Source: Thermodesulfobacteriota bacterium (GTDB lineage: Bacteria > Desulfobacterota > RBG-13-43-22). From it: a stretch of DNA of 64,000 nt. The notes below the pieces were generated by a model. That model was not told where the DNA came from. It was given only the letters and a program-made list of their open reading frames with translations, and searched no databases. The number at the start of each line of letters is the position of its first letter. Within the stretch, counting starts at the first letter, position 1. Below are positions 43,934-53,308 of the stretch, in pieces. The stretch is from assembly GCA_049520575.1 (NCBI GenBank), contig JBEKPQ010000002.1, forward strand, positions 32,834 to 96,833, given 5' to 3'. Position numbers and translations under genes: made by a program.

Positions 43934-44256
43934 TTCAGGATCTCAATCTGTCCTTTTCCCGGAGGCCTCAACCCTAACTGGTTCAGGGCGATGCCTTCTA
44001 TTCTTTCCGGAGATTTCATATTGGCCACTTGGATGCGCAATTTTTTGTTGATTTCCGTCAGCTCCTTTCTTTGTTTCTGGGCGCTGGCGATATCATAGCT
44101 CAGACTTAAGGTCTGGACATGGAGCCAGATAAAGGTCAGAACCCCTAAGACCAAAAAGGTCAACAGAATGAAAAAATATTTTTTAGGGCTACGGGGAAGT
44201 TTTTCCCTAACTTTTTTTCCCCTCGAATGGGGTTGAGGCTTAATGGAAGCGTTCAA
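43930..44256 (-). CDS. ftsL: Cell division protein FtsL
   Basis: Single TM plus coiled coil, SPERIEGIALNQLGL, position between rsmH and ftsI. Confidence 0.85.
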   Translation of the reverse strand: MNASIKPQPHSRGKKVREKLPRSPKKYFFILLTFLVLGVLTFIWLHVQTLSLSYDIASAQKQRKELTEINKKLRIQVANMKSPERIEGIALNQLGLRPPGKGQIEILK

Positions 44257-45170
44257 ACCAATCCTCCCATCCGTTCCCCTATCCGTAGTTTTGCCCCTCG
44301 GGATCTGGGGTTCTCTTTTATCTCATTTGAAGACGGAACGATTGGTTTGGGGATCACCCTTTTAAATGCCGGCTGATCCTTTGGCCGGCCTGGCTCTGCC
44401 AATCCGAGTGGATCCTGGGTCCCTCGTTCCAATTTTAAAAAGGCCTGTTTGATAAGCCGGTCTTCTAAGGAATGATAGGCTATCAAACAGACCCTCCCTC
44501 CATCCGTCAAGGCCTCAAGAAACTGTTCCAGAAAAGCCTTTAACTGGATCATCTCGTCATTAATCAGGATCCGCAGGGCCTGAAACGTCCGGGTGGCCGG
44601 ATGAATCCGTCCTCCCCTGGGAATGGACCCGGATATCAGATCAGCCAACTCTCGCGTGGTCTTAACAGGCCTTTTGGCCTGAAAGGCCATAATTTTGCCG
44701 GCAATGCGTCTGGCCCATCTTTCTTCCCCATATTCTTTTAAGACCCCGGCTAATTCCTTTTCATTGGTCCGGGTCAACCATTCCCGGGCACTGATCCCCT
44801 GAGTCTGATCCATTCGCATATCCAAAGGATCATCCCGTTGGAAGCTGAACCCCCTTCCTGGATTTTCTATCTGAAAAGAAGAAAAACCCAGATCAAGGAG
44901 GATGCCGTCCACCGCACGGACACCCAATTTGGAAAGGATTTTTCTTAAGTCTCCAAATTTTCCATGAATCGGATAAAGTCGATTGGAAAAAGGTTTTAAT
45001 CTTTCCCGGGCTAAAGCCAACTCTTCAGGGTCTCGATCTATCCCAATAACCTGGGTCGTTACAGGACTGTGTTGAAAAATAGCCAGGGTATGTCCTCCAG
45101 TTCCGAGGGTGCCGTCCACAAAGAGGCCTCCCTTTTCGCATTGAAGATAATGAACCACCTCATTAATCAT
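44253..45170 (-). CDS. rsmH: 16S rRNA m4C1402 methyltransferase (true start probably upstream; see findings)
   Basis: DGTLGTGGH, DLGFSSFQ, PLDMRMD, HPATRTFQALRI, HSLEDR and NPRSRGAKLR. Confidence 0.95.
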   Translation of the reverse strand: MINEVVHYLQCEKGGLFVDGTLGTGGHTLAIFQHSPVTTQVIGIDRDPEELALARERLKPFSNRLYPIHGKFGDLRKILSKLGVRAVDGILLDLGFSSFQIENPGRGFSFQRDDPLDMRMDQTQGISAREWLTRTNEKELAGVLKEYGEERWARRIAGKIMAFQAKRPVKTTRELADLISGSIPRGGRIHPATRTFQALRILINDEMIQLKAFLEQFLEALTDGGRVCLIAYHSLEDRLIKQAFLKLERGTQDPLGLAEPGRPKDQPAFKRVIPKPIVPSSNEIKENPRSRGAKLRIGERMGGLV

Positions 45171-45205
45171 TACCGGCTGATGGATGATCGATGTCGTTGC
45201 TCCTT

Positions 45206-45646
45206 TTAAAGACCTAACGAGGCCAATTTGTCTTCCAACACGGGCAAATTTTCTTTGCTTTTAGCCCATTCTTTTTCAAACTTGACCTTGTCCCAAATCT
45301 CAAAATATTTAAGCTGACCAACGAGGATGACCTCTTTCTCCAACCCGGCATGTTCTCGAAGGGTCGGCGGTATCAGGATTCGGCTTTGGCTGTCCAGGCT
45401 GCATTCACAGGCTCCGGAAATAAAAAACCGTTTATATGCACGGATATCCCTATCTGCCAGGGAGAGCTGACTTACTTTTTCTTCAATCTCCTGCCATTCT
45501 TGATAAGGGTAAACCGCCAGGCATTGGTCGGAGTTGGTCACAATTAGACGAGGGTCGCCGTTGGTTTTTATTAAGTCCCGGAATCGTGCCGGAACATTGA
45601 CTCGACCCTTGGAGTCAATTAGATGGTTCGATCGGCCACGAAACAT
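45206..45646 (-). CDS. mraZ: Transcriptional regulator MraZ
   Basis: MFRG, IDSKGRV, LDSQSRILIP and FEIWD. Confidence 0.96.
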   Translation of the reverse strand: MFRGRSNHLIDSKGRVNVPARFRDLIKTNGDPRLIVTNSDQCLAVYPYQEWQEIEEKVSQLSLADRDIRAYKRFFISGACECSLDSQSRILIPPTLREHAGLEKEVILVGQLKYFEIWDKVKFEKEWAKSKENLPVLEDKLASLGL

Positions 45647-45671
45647 ATTTCTGCTCCCCTTTTATTGGTCT

Positions 45672-45701
45672 AACTACCCACAATACTCCATAATTCCCCA
45701 C
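45672..45701 (-). promoter_or_regulatory. MraZ-binding direct repeats
   Basis: GTGGGG-aatt-ATGGAG-tatt-GTGGGT (10-nt period), downstream of TTGACA-16 nt-TATAGT. Confidence 0.7.
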
Positions 45702-45977
45702 TTTCATGTAACTATAGTAAAAAAACAGCCTTTGTCAAGGAAAAAAATAGGATTACCGTTGGAAATTCTTTAAATTTCTCCCTTTGCCGGAGAAAAAGGG
45801 TTACAGGTTGAAAAGGCCGGGAGGATGCATTATATTTATAGCTAATCGGAAGTAACCCGTTGTGCCAAAAAACGTTCAGGGTTTTGCGGACAATGATGTT
45901 GGGCAAAAATAGAATTCAGAAGACAAAATTCATAAGAAATCTCTTGATGTTGACTTCTGGGTCCTGGATGCTAACTT

Positions 45978-47810
45978 ATGGTTTTTCATAAAAAAAGAGG
46001 AGTTATGAATAACTTAGAGAAAAGAAAAAATATTTCACAGGAATTAAACCAGAACCTCCCCACCCAAAAAGAATTGGAAAGGGAATTGAGCGATTATCTT
46101 TCCAAGAAATATGGAGACCGGGTAAAGATCATCACACCTTTTGTTTTTCCAAAGGAGGAAAGCGAGGAAACCCAAGGCCCTCCCAAAGAAAAGAAAGGGG
46201 TGGCCTCAAAAATTAATTTCAATCTTAAGCCGGAAGAATTGGAAGCGTTTTTGAACGAATACGTCATCAGGCAGGATGAGGCCAAGGCCGTACTGGCCAC
46301 CAAAATCTGCACCCATTTTAAGCGCATCAAGTTCTGGGAGCAGCAGGAGAAGGGAAACGAGTCCGATCCGGTGGGAATGATCAAAAACAACATCATCATG
46401 ATTGGGCCTACGGGAGTTGGAAAAACTTATTTAATCAAATTGATTGCCAAGAAACTCGGAGTCCCTTTTGTCAAAGGGGATGCCACCAAATTCAGCGAAA
46501 CCGGCTATGTTGGAGGAGATGTCGAGGATCTGGTACGAGATTTGGTTTATGAGGCCGGTGATGATATTGAATTAGCTCAATACGGGATCATATACATAGA
46601 TGAGATCGATAAAATCGCTGCCAGCAGCCAGATGATCGGCCCTGATGTATCCAGAACCGGGGTCCAAAGGGCTTTGCTGAAACCCATGGAAGAAACCGAA
46701 GTGGACTTGAGGGTTTCCCATGACCCGATCTCGCAAATACAGGCCATAGAAAATTATCGTAAAACTGGCAAAAAGGAAAAGAGAACCGTCAATACCCGGA
46801 ATATTCTATTCATTGTCAGCGGGGCCTTTAATCACCTGGAAAAAATCATACAAAAAAGGATCCAGGAAAAGGGAATGGGATTCGGGGCTCCTCTCAAATC
46901 GAAGAAGCAGACCGCTAAACTACTGAGCCAGGTGCGTGCCGAAGACCTGATTGCCTATGGATTTGAATCGGAGTTTGTGGGAAGATTGCCGGTGGCCGTT
47001 GTCCTGGAAGAGCTGTCCGAAGAAGACCTTTATCAGATCCTGAAAAACCCCAACAACCCGATTATTCGAAGCAAGAAGAGGGATTTTAAATCTTACGGCA
47101 TCGACATCCTGTTTGAAGACGAGGCCCTTCGCCTGTTGGCCCAAAAGGCTTTTAAAGAAAAGACCGGGGCTCGGGGTCTGGTCAGTGTGGTGGAAAAGTC
47201 CTTAATTAAATTTGAAAAAAAATTACCTTCCACCTCGATTAATCAACTTCTCGTTTCACGTGAGGTGGTCCTCAATCCGGAAACGGAACTGGAACGGCTT
47301 TTGAGCGATCCGGAAAATCCCAAAATAAAGGCCGCTTTTCTTAACGCCTGGGATAAGGAACAAAAGACCCTGATTGAAAAGCTTAAAGAAAAGAGTTCTG
47401 AATTCACCGCCCGGTTTGACAGCGGGTTAACGGAATTCCGAATGAAATTGGTCGCGGAGCGTTGTCTGGAATTGGTTCAGGATTTCCCAAGATCTCTCGA
47501 AGAAGTATGGCAGATGATCCGGCAGGTCCGGGAATATGAACTGCGTTTTTTCGAGCGCTTCGGGATCAGTCTGAAGTTCTCCGAGGATGGGATTGATGCG
47601 GTCCTTCAAAAGGCCATCGAGTCTAGGGTGAGTGTCTGGTCCATTTGTGAAAATCTGTCAAAAGATTTTGAGTATGGATTTAAACTGGTCCAGGAAAAAA
47701 CCGGAAGGAAGCAATTTATCATAACCCCGGAAGCCGTTTCCAACCCGGAAGGATATATTCAACAGCTGATCCGAACCTATTACCAGGGCGGGGAATCCGT
47801 GCAGCCATAA
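45978..47810 (+). CDS. ClpX-like AAA+ ATPase with no N-terminal zinc domain and a duplicated C-terminal small domain
   Basis: KNNIIMIGPTGVGKT, DATKFSETGYVGGDVE, YIDEIDKI, GMGFGA loop and EFVGRLP. Confidence 0.85.
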   Translation: MVFHKKRGVMNNLEKRKNISQELNQNLPTQKELERELSDYLSKKYGDRVKIITPFVFPKEESEETQGPPKEKKGVASKINFNLKPEELEAFLNEYVIRQDEAKAVLATKICTHFKRIKFWEQQEKGNESDPVGMIKNNIIMIGPTGVGKTYLIKLIAKKLGVPFVKGDATKFSETGYVGGDVEDLVRDLVYEAGDDIELAQYGIIYIDEIDKIAASSQMIGPDVSRTGVQRALLKPMEETEVDLRVSHDPISQIQAIENYRKTGKKEKRTVNTRNILFIVSGAFNHLEKIIQKRIQEKGMGFGAPLKSKKQTAKLLSQVRAEDLIAYGFESEFVGRLPVAVVLEELSEEDLYQILKNPNNPIIRSKKRDFKSYGIDILFEDEALRLLAQKAFKEKTGARGLVSVVEKSLIKFEKKLPSTSINQLLVSREVVLNPETELERLLSDPENPKIKAAFLNAWDKEQKTLIEKLKEKSSEFTARFDSGLTEFRMKLVAERCLELVQDFPRSLEEVWQMIRQVREYELRFFERFGISLKFSEDGIDAVLQKAIESRVSVWSICENLSKDFEYGFKLVQEKTGRKQFIITPEAVSNPEGYIQQLIRTYYQGGESVQP

Positions 47811-47815
47811 TGTAT

Positions 47816-48000
47816 GATGCACGATACAGGATTCAGGAAATGTGATTCAGGTTGTCCGATAATGGGTTTGAAAAAATGTGGACATTGGGTTGTGCCAAAA
47901 TCTTTTAAAATTCTTCTATTCCTTTTTCTGACACCCTGAAATATTATTATCTTCGACCTTGCATCTTTTATCGTGTATCCTGTATCCAAAACCTTGTATC
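47816..48000. repeat. Inverted heptamer array (GATACAG / CTGTATC family)
   Basis: gatgcacgatacaggattcagg ... cttgcatc..atcgtgtatcctgtatcc..ccttgtatc. Confidence 0.65.
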
Positions 48001-48014
48001 AAGAATAAATCACT

Positions 48015-49223
48015 ATGATCGGCATATCGAAACTCTATCTGGGCACCGTTGAACCCTCCGATGCCTTGCGTTACGGGCGGCGTTCGGATGAACTGCCTTC
48101 GCACCTCCTTCAATTTTCTCAGGATAAAAAGCCGGTTGTGGTCTGGAACATCACCCGGCAGTGCAACCTGAAATGCCGCCATTGTTATGCCCAGGCCCAA
48201 GCGAAAAAACCAAAAGGGGAACTGACCACCCAAGAAGGGAAGGTCTTATTGGATGACTTAAGTTCCTTTGGAGCTCCGGTGATCCTGTTCTCCGGCGGAG
48301 AACCGGTCTTGCGCCCGGACCTTCCGGAATTGGCTCAATATGCCGTGGCCAAAGGGATGCGGGCGGTCATCTCAACCAATGGCACCTTAATAACCAAAGA
48401 GCTGGCTAAAACTCTAAAAGATATCGGCCTGTCATATGTAGGTATCAGTCTCGACGGGATGGAAGCGGTCAATGATCGCTTTCGCGGGGTCCCCGGGTCC
48501 TTTGCCAAGGCCTTGGCTGGTATCCGGAATTGCCGAGAAGCCGGGATCAAGGTGGGCTTGCGTTTTACCATCAACCGTCTGAATAGGGATCAAGTCTCTC
48601 CTATCTTTGATCTTATTAAAAACGAGGATATCCCCAGGGTCTGTTTTTATCACCTGGTTTATGCCGGCCGGGGCTCAAGCTTGATCAAGGAAGATCTGAA
48701 TCACATCCAGACCCGGCAAATCGTGGATTTGATCATCGACCGCACCAAAGAATTATTCGATGCCGGTTATGAAAAAGAAGTGCTTACCGTGGACAACCAT
48801 GCTGACGGCCCCTATCTGTATCTGCGGATGTTGAAAGAAGGCTCTTCCCGCGCCCCGGAAGTTCTGGAATTATTAAAAATGAATGAAGGTAATAGTTCCG
48901 GCCGGGGGATCGGCTGCATCAGTTGGGACGGCGAGGTCCATGCCGATCAATTCTGGCGTCATTATTCCTTCGGCAACGTCCGAGAGAGGACATTCAGCGC
49001 GATCTGGGAAGATACAACCCATCCTTTGATGGCCCGACTGAAGGACAAAAAAAAATATGTCACCGGCCGCTGTGCCGGCTGCCGCTGGTTGGATATTTGC
49101 GGTGGGAATTTCCGAGTCCGTGCCGAAGCTGCCACCGGTGAACTTTGGACCCCGGATCCGGCTTGTTACCTGACGGATGAGGAGATTAAAGTGTCCGAAA
49201 TCTTGTCTTTTTTAAAAAAATGA
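48015..49223 (+). CDS. ahbC: 12,18-didecarboxysiroheme deacetylase (NirJ1/AhbC radical SAM)
   Basis: MIGISKLY, DALRYGR, KPVVVWNITRQCNLKCRHCYA, VLTVDNHADG and GNSSGRGIGC. Confidence 0.9.
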   Translation: MIGISKLYLGTVEPSDALRYGRRSDELPSHLLQFSQDKKPVVVWNITRQCNLKCRHCYAQAQAKKPKGELTTQEGKVLLDDLSSFGAPVILFSGGEPVLRPDLPELAQYAVAKGMRAVISTNGTLITKELAKTLKDIGLSYVGISLDGMEAVNDRFRGVPGSFAKALAGIRNCREAGIKVGLRFTINRLNRDQVSPIFDLIKNEDIPRVCFYHLVYAGRGSSLIKEDLNHIQTRQIVDLIIDRTKELFDAGYEKEVLTVDNHADGPYLYLRMLKEGSSRAPEVLELLKMNEGNSSGRGIGCISWDGEVHADQFWRHYSFGNVRERTFSAIWEDTTHPLMARLKDKKKYVTGRCAGCRWLDICGGNFRVRAEAATGELWTPDPACYLTDEEIKVSEILSFLKK

Positions 49224-49450
49224 AATTTTGAAGAGTTCAGTAATCGAGCAGATTTTGGAAAGTTTTGCCTCTACTAAAATTTTGAAGAGTTTTTCTTAAA
49301 AATAACTATTTCCGTTCGAAATTGAGCAAAATGGCGGCGAGAGGGATGTTTTCAATTACCTAAAAGCGCGAAAGCAATTACATGTGACATTTGTGAAATT
49401 TCCCCTCTGCCCTTTTGTCTCAAATGTTAGCAAATTGCTCAATCCCGTTT

Positions 49451-51295
49451 TTATTTTGGGATAGCGCGAACTTCTAAGGATCTCAGCCAATATTTCCCGG
49501 CAATCTTGCCCGGAGAGATCCTTATTTGTATTTGCCCATGTAAATCCTGGCCATCCAACAATGGTGCATAGGTTATATTTTTTCCAGGTTGTAATTCTTC
49601 AGAAAAACTATGTTCTTTATCATAATGTCGCATCTGTGGCGTACGATAAAATATCTGCATAATCGTCTTTTGAGGAGCATATAAGGCGACTCGGAGACCG
49701 TACATTTTGGTGGCGTCAATTTGTAACTTTGGAAGTTCGAAATATGGATCGTACCCCGTTGAAATCAAAGAGTAGCCATCTTTAGCAGGGGCAATTGTGA
49801 TTTGATGAAGCGGCCTCAATTCTTCCTTGTGCTGGTCGGGTAATTGATAAACCATATTCCACATTTGAAATTGTAATATGGGGACTGTCTTTAAACCTCG
49901 TTCCACCCGTTCTTGAATAACAATATCAGGAGAATACTGTTCGACATATCTTTCCAAAGTATCAAAATCTAGTTGCCATCCCGGATTTATATACAGTGCT
50001 TTTGAAAAATATTGAGAAATATAGGGTTGTAATAAGGTAAACATTGAATCTCGAAAGATTAATGCCGATGGTGCCGTAGAGTTGCAGGTCGTCATAAATG
50101 GAGTATCCCATTTATTTTCAGTTAATTCTTTTAGTTCTGTTCTATCACACCCTGTTAAAGGGTTTCGCAGCGTTGGAAAATTTTGCTCTTTTAAATGATC
50201 CTGAAGATTTAACATTTGTCCAATATCTCCGACCTTTCCCGTACTCCAGGAAAAATCTTTTGCATGGTACTGAATTGGACTGATACCCGGGTAGAGTTTG
50301 GTGATATACTGCATAATCTCATATTGGGCAATGGCAGCGCCAAAACTATTCCAGTGCGTGTCCGTTTTATAAAATAATTGCCCTTCTGATTTGGCCTGAA
50401 TGAGTTTCTGACGCAGGTCCAGAATCGGCACTTCGGAATTTTTCATATAGTCTAAAAATTGGTCAAGACGTGACTGCCTCCCAACGCGTGTCACGTGTGA
50501 TGGATAATATTCCCCATAAATTGAATGTTTCTCAGGGGGAATAACTACAAGATAGTGAATCCCCTTTCTCTTCAAATACTGAAAATTCGTTTCTAATATT
50601 GATTTCCATTGCCATAATTGAATAGGAGTTAATGGATCGTTTTTTCGATAATCTTCCATATTGCTCAAATCTTCTCCCCAAAAATACCAGCCATCCCTGC
50701 CTACCGTAATCTTGGAATTTGGGGGACTGCCAACCATAATCGACAGTAAATAATACCATTTGGCCAAATCATCGCGAAAGCCAAAGTGGTCGGCGAAAAA
50801 CTTTTCAAATTTTTCCGGGAAATTTATAAGGGTGCTTAGATTCCATTTCAACTCAGGAAATGGACAAAGTTTGCGTCTTTCAATCATTGATTCCGTTTGT
50901 TCATCTGTAAATACCAACGGTAAAAAGAGGAAAATGATAAATATGACGATCAGGAAGTGATCAAAAAAGGGTCGATTTCTGGATGTGGAGCTACCTGAAT
51001 TAATTTCAATGGCCTTTACCCCGTCGACTCTGAGGACCACCCATAATCTTTTGAGTAATCCGGTTAAAGTAGATCCATCTTTATAAGTTCCCAATGCCTT
51101 GAATATGAGACTAAGAAGGTATAAAAGAAAAGAAATTCGGATTGGATTAATTAATGATGTGAAAGAAACCTTGCTGCCAAATATCTCAGTCTTAATAGGA
51201 CCAAAAATGATGAACGAAAATACAGCAGCACCTATATACACTATACTTGATAATAGAAAGAGACGACAAAAAGTTAAAAAAATATTTTTTTTCAT
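49451..51295 (-). CDS. AlgJ/AlgX-family SGNH O-acetyltransferase with an extra N-terminal TM module and a C-terminal carbohydrate-binding-like domain
   Basis: FADHFGFR, VGRDGWYF, PEKHSIYGE, FYKTDTHWNSFGA, RDSM and ERVER; start taken at MKKNIF (51295). Confidence 0.82.
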   Translation of the reverse strand: MKKNIFLTFCRLFLLSSIVYIGAAVFSFIIFGPIKTEIFGSKVSFTSLINPIRISFLLYLLSLIFKALGTYKDGSTLTGLLKRLWVVLRVDGVKAIEINSGSSTSRNRPFFDHFLIVIFIIFLFLPLVFTDEQTESMIERRKLCPFPELKWNLSTLINFPEKFEKFFADHFGFRDDLAKWYYLLSIMVGSPPNSKITVGRDGWYFWGEDLSNMEDYRKNDPLTPIQLWQWKSILETNFQYLKRKGIHYLVVIPPEKHSIYGEYYPSHVTRVGRQSRLDQFLDYMKNSEVPILDLRQKLIQAKSEGQLFYKTDTHWNSFGAAIAQYEIMQYITKLYPGISPIQYHAKDFSWSTGKVGDIGQMLNLQDHLKEQNFPTLRNPLTGCDRTELKELTENKWDTPFMTTCNSTAPSALIFRDSMFTLLQPYISQYFSKALYINPGWQLDFDTLERYVEQYSPDIVIQERVERGLKTVPILQFQMWNMVYQLPDQHKEELRPLHQITIAPAKDGYSLISTGYDPYFELPKLQIDATKMYGLRVALYAPQKTIMQIFYRTPQMRHYDKEHSFSEELQPGKNITYAPLLDGQDLHGQIQIRISPGKIAGKYWLRSLEVRAIPK

Positions 51296-51305
51296 TTCTA
51301 AGTCT

Positions 51306-51443
51306 TTAAGGTAAATATGGAACAAGTTTGCGTCTTTCAATCATTGATTCCGCTCGATTGTCCATGAATACCAAAGGCAAAAAGAGACAAATTATAAATG
51401 TGACGATCAGGAAATTATCAAAAAGCCGGTGTTCTTTTTTCAT
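51306..51443 (-). pseudogene. 45-aa duplicated AlgJ N-terminus
   Basis: MKKEHRLFDNFLIVTFIICLFLPLVFMDNRAESMIERRKLVPYLP* matches NRPFFDHFLIVIFIIFLFLPLVFTDEQTESMIERRKLCPFP inside the next gene. Confidence 0.85.
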
Positions 51444-51464
51444 AAATATTTCACTGGGCGTGCA

Positions 51465-52922
51465 TTAAAACCTGAAATAGATAAACGAATTATAGGTGCC
51501 TGCTGCCAAGTAGGAAACAGAAAGACAAAACAGAAAGGCCAAAAGACCATAATGCCCCAAATCAAGCAGAAGTTGCCCCCCTTTTTTAAATCCAGAATTC
51601 TCAATGGCTGATTGTAGCCGCTGACCAATTCCTGAAGCAATTGGCATTGCGATGATGCATCCAATCAGCAGGGTTAGGACGGTTTTGGGGTCGCAATAAA
51701 ATAAGGCATAATATTTGATGCCGGTTGCATTAGTAAACCCGAACATGCTTGCAAGATACTGAACGGCTTGCGTCAATGTTTCTGCCCGGAAAAAGACCCA
51801 GCCTATGATGACCAACAGCAATGCATACCCATGGCGTATGGGCCGCCATAATTTATTAAGATACTGGTCCCAGCCCAACCTTTCGATTACTAAATAGCTG
51901 CCATGCAATGCGCCCCAAATGATGAAATTCCACTTGGCGCCGTGCCATAACCCGCATAAGAAAAAGACAACCCACAAATTCAGGTAGGTCCTCAGAAATG
52001 ATTTCCGATTTCCCCCCAAAGGAATGTACAGATAATCACGAAACCAGTTTGATAAGGAAATATGCCATCTTCGCCAAAATTCTCTAATGGATTGGCTTAT
52101 ATACGGAAAATTGAAATTTTCTAAAAATTCGAATCCCAACATTCGTCCTAATCCAATGGCCATATCCGAATATCCTGAAAAATCAAAATAAATTTGCAGG
52201 GTATAACACACGATTCCGAGCCAGGCCATACCGCTTGTCACTTCCTGGACGGGGACGGCGAAAATTTTATCAGCAACTTCCCCTAACGTATTGGCTATAA
52301 TGATTTTTTTTGACAAACCGAAAATAAATCGTTGAATGCCTGATGAACATAGTTGACGGGTTATGGCGCGCGATGCGATTTGCTTGGCTATGTCATGATA
52401 TTGAACGATCGGGCCGTTAACAATTTTAGGAAATAATGCCACATACAAGGCACAATTTAATGGATTTAACGGTGCCTCTGCTTTTTGACGATAAATATCA
52501 ATGACATAGGTCATCGCCTGAAATGTAATAAAGGAGATGCCTATCGGCAAAGAAACGTTCGGAAACATAACAGGGGCAACGTGAACATACTGAAGAATGT
52601 CATTAACGTTGTTGAAAAAGAAATTGGTATATTTAAAATAAAATAATAAGGCTAAATTTGCCGCTATAGAGGCGATTAAAACGGTTTTTCCGGTCAACGC
52701 CACATGTTGATTCCGCCTACTAAAATGAATTAGGAGTCCACTGACGTAATTCAGAAAGATTGAGCCGAGCAGCAAAAATATATAGATCGGTCCTCCCCAG
52801 GAATAAAAAAGCAAGCTCATCACCAATAAAAACATATTCCGTGATTTTGCTCTGACGAGGAAATATCCGGCTAATGTTATAGGTAAGAATAAAAATAAGA
52901 ATAATGCTGATGGAAAAACCAC
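51465..52922 (-). CDS. algI: MBOAT family O-acyltransferase (AlgI/PatA-like)
   Basis: MVFPS..FLFLFLP, LPIGISF, GPIVQY, QIYFDFSGYSDMAIG, FWRRWHISL and GLWHGA. Confidence 0.9.
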   Translation of the reverse strand: MVFPSALFLFLFLPITLAGYFLVRAKSRNMFLLVMSLLFYSWGGPIYIFLLLGSIFLNYVSGLLIHFSRRNQHVALTGKTVLIASIAANLALLFYFKYTNFFFNNVNDILQYVHVAPVMFPNVSLPIGISFITFQAMTYVIDIYRQKAEAPLNPLNCALYVALFPKIVNGPIVQYHDIAKQIASRAITRQLCSSGIQRFIFGLSKKIIIANTLGEVADKIFAVPVQEVTSGMAWLGIVCYTLQIYFDFSGYSDMAIGLGRMLGFEFLENFNFPYISQSIREFWRRWHISLSNWFRDYLYIPLGGNRKSFLRTYLNLWVVFFLCGLWHGAKWNFIIWGALHGSYLVIERLGWDQYLNKLWRPIRHGYALLLVIIGWVFFRAETLTQAVQYLASMFGFTNATGIKYYALFYCDPKTVLTLLIGCIIAMPIASGIGQRLQSAIENSGFKKGGQLLLDLGHYGLLAFLFCLSVSYLAAGTYNSFIYFRF

Positions 52923-53308
52923 AGGGGCTTCCTTAATATAATTACAAAGTACTGCCTAATTTACTTATGATTGCTAACTTCTGGGTCAGCTTCAAGGCCG
53001 CCTTATGACTGAGTTGGGTTCATTCGTTAGTATAACGTTGGTGCAGAAAGGGCTTAGCTGACGTATCCTAATGAAACCGTTTTGACATAATGAACCCCAC
53101 CTCTCTCCTGAGAAATGGGGTTTATTTTGCTTCCATCGACACTCCCTTTTTAAAGGTTGCCAACAAGAAAACTTTATCAACTTTCTTCTATAATTCGTAC
53201 CCTTCTATTGCTAAAAAGTCAATAAATTTCAATCCCCTTTTCACTGATTACCGTTTGTACTCTTCTGATTTTTCCAAATCGAATTTTGAAGATTTCAGTC
53301 AACTATCT

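Noticed and set aside
45859-47900. 12-bp direct repeat GTTGTGCCAAAA on both sides of the clpX-like gene (45859, 47889); contains TGGCAC on the minus strand
   Set aside because: No -12 TTGC at sigma54 spacing and no other sign of mobility; a single 12-mer pair may be chance.
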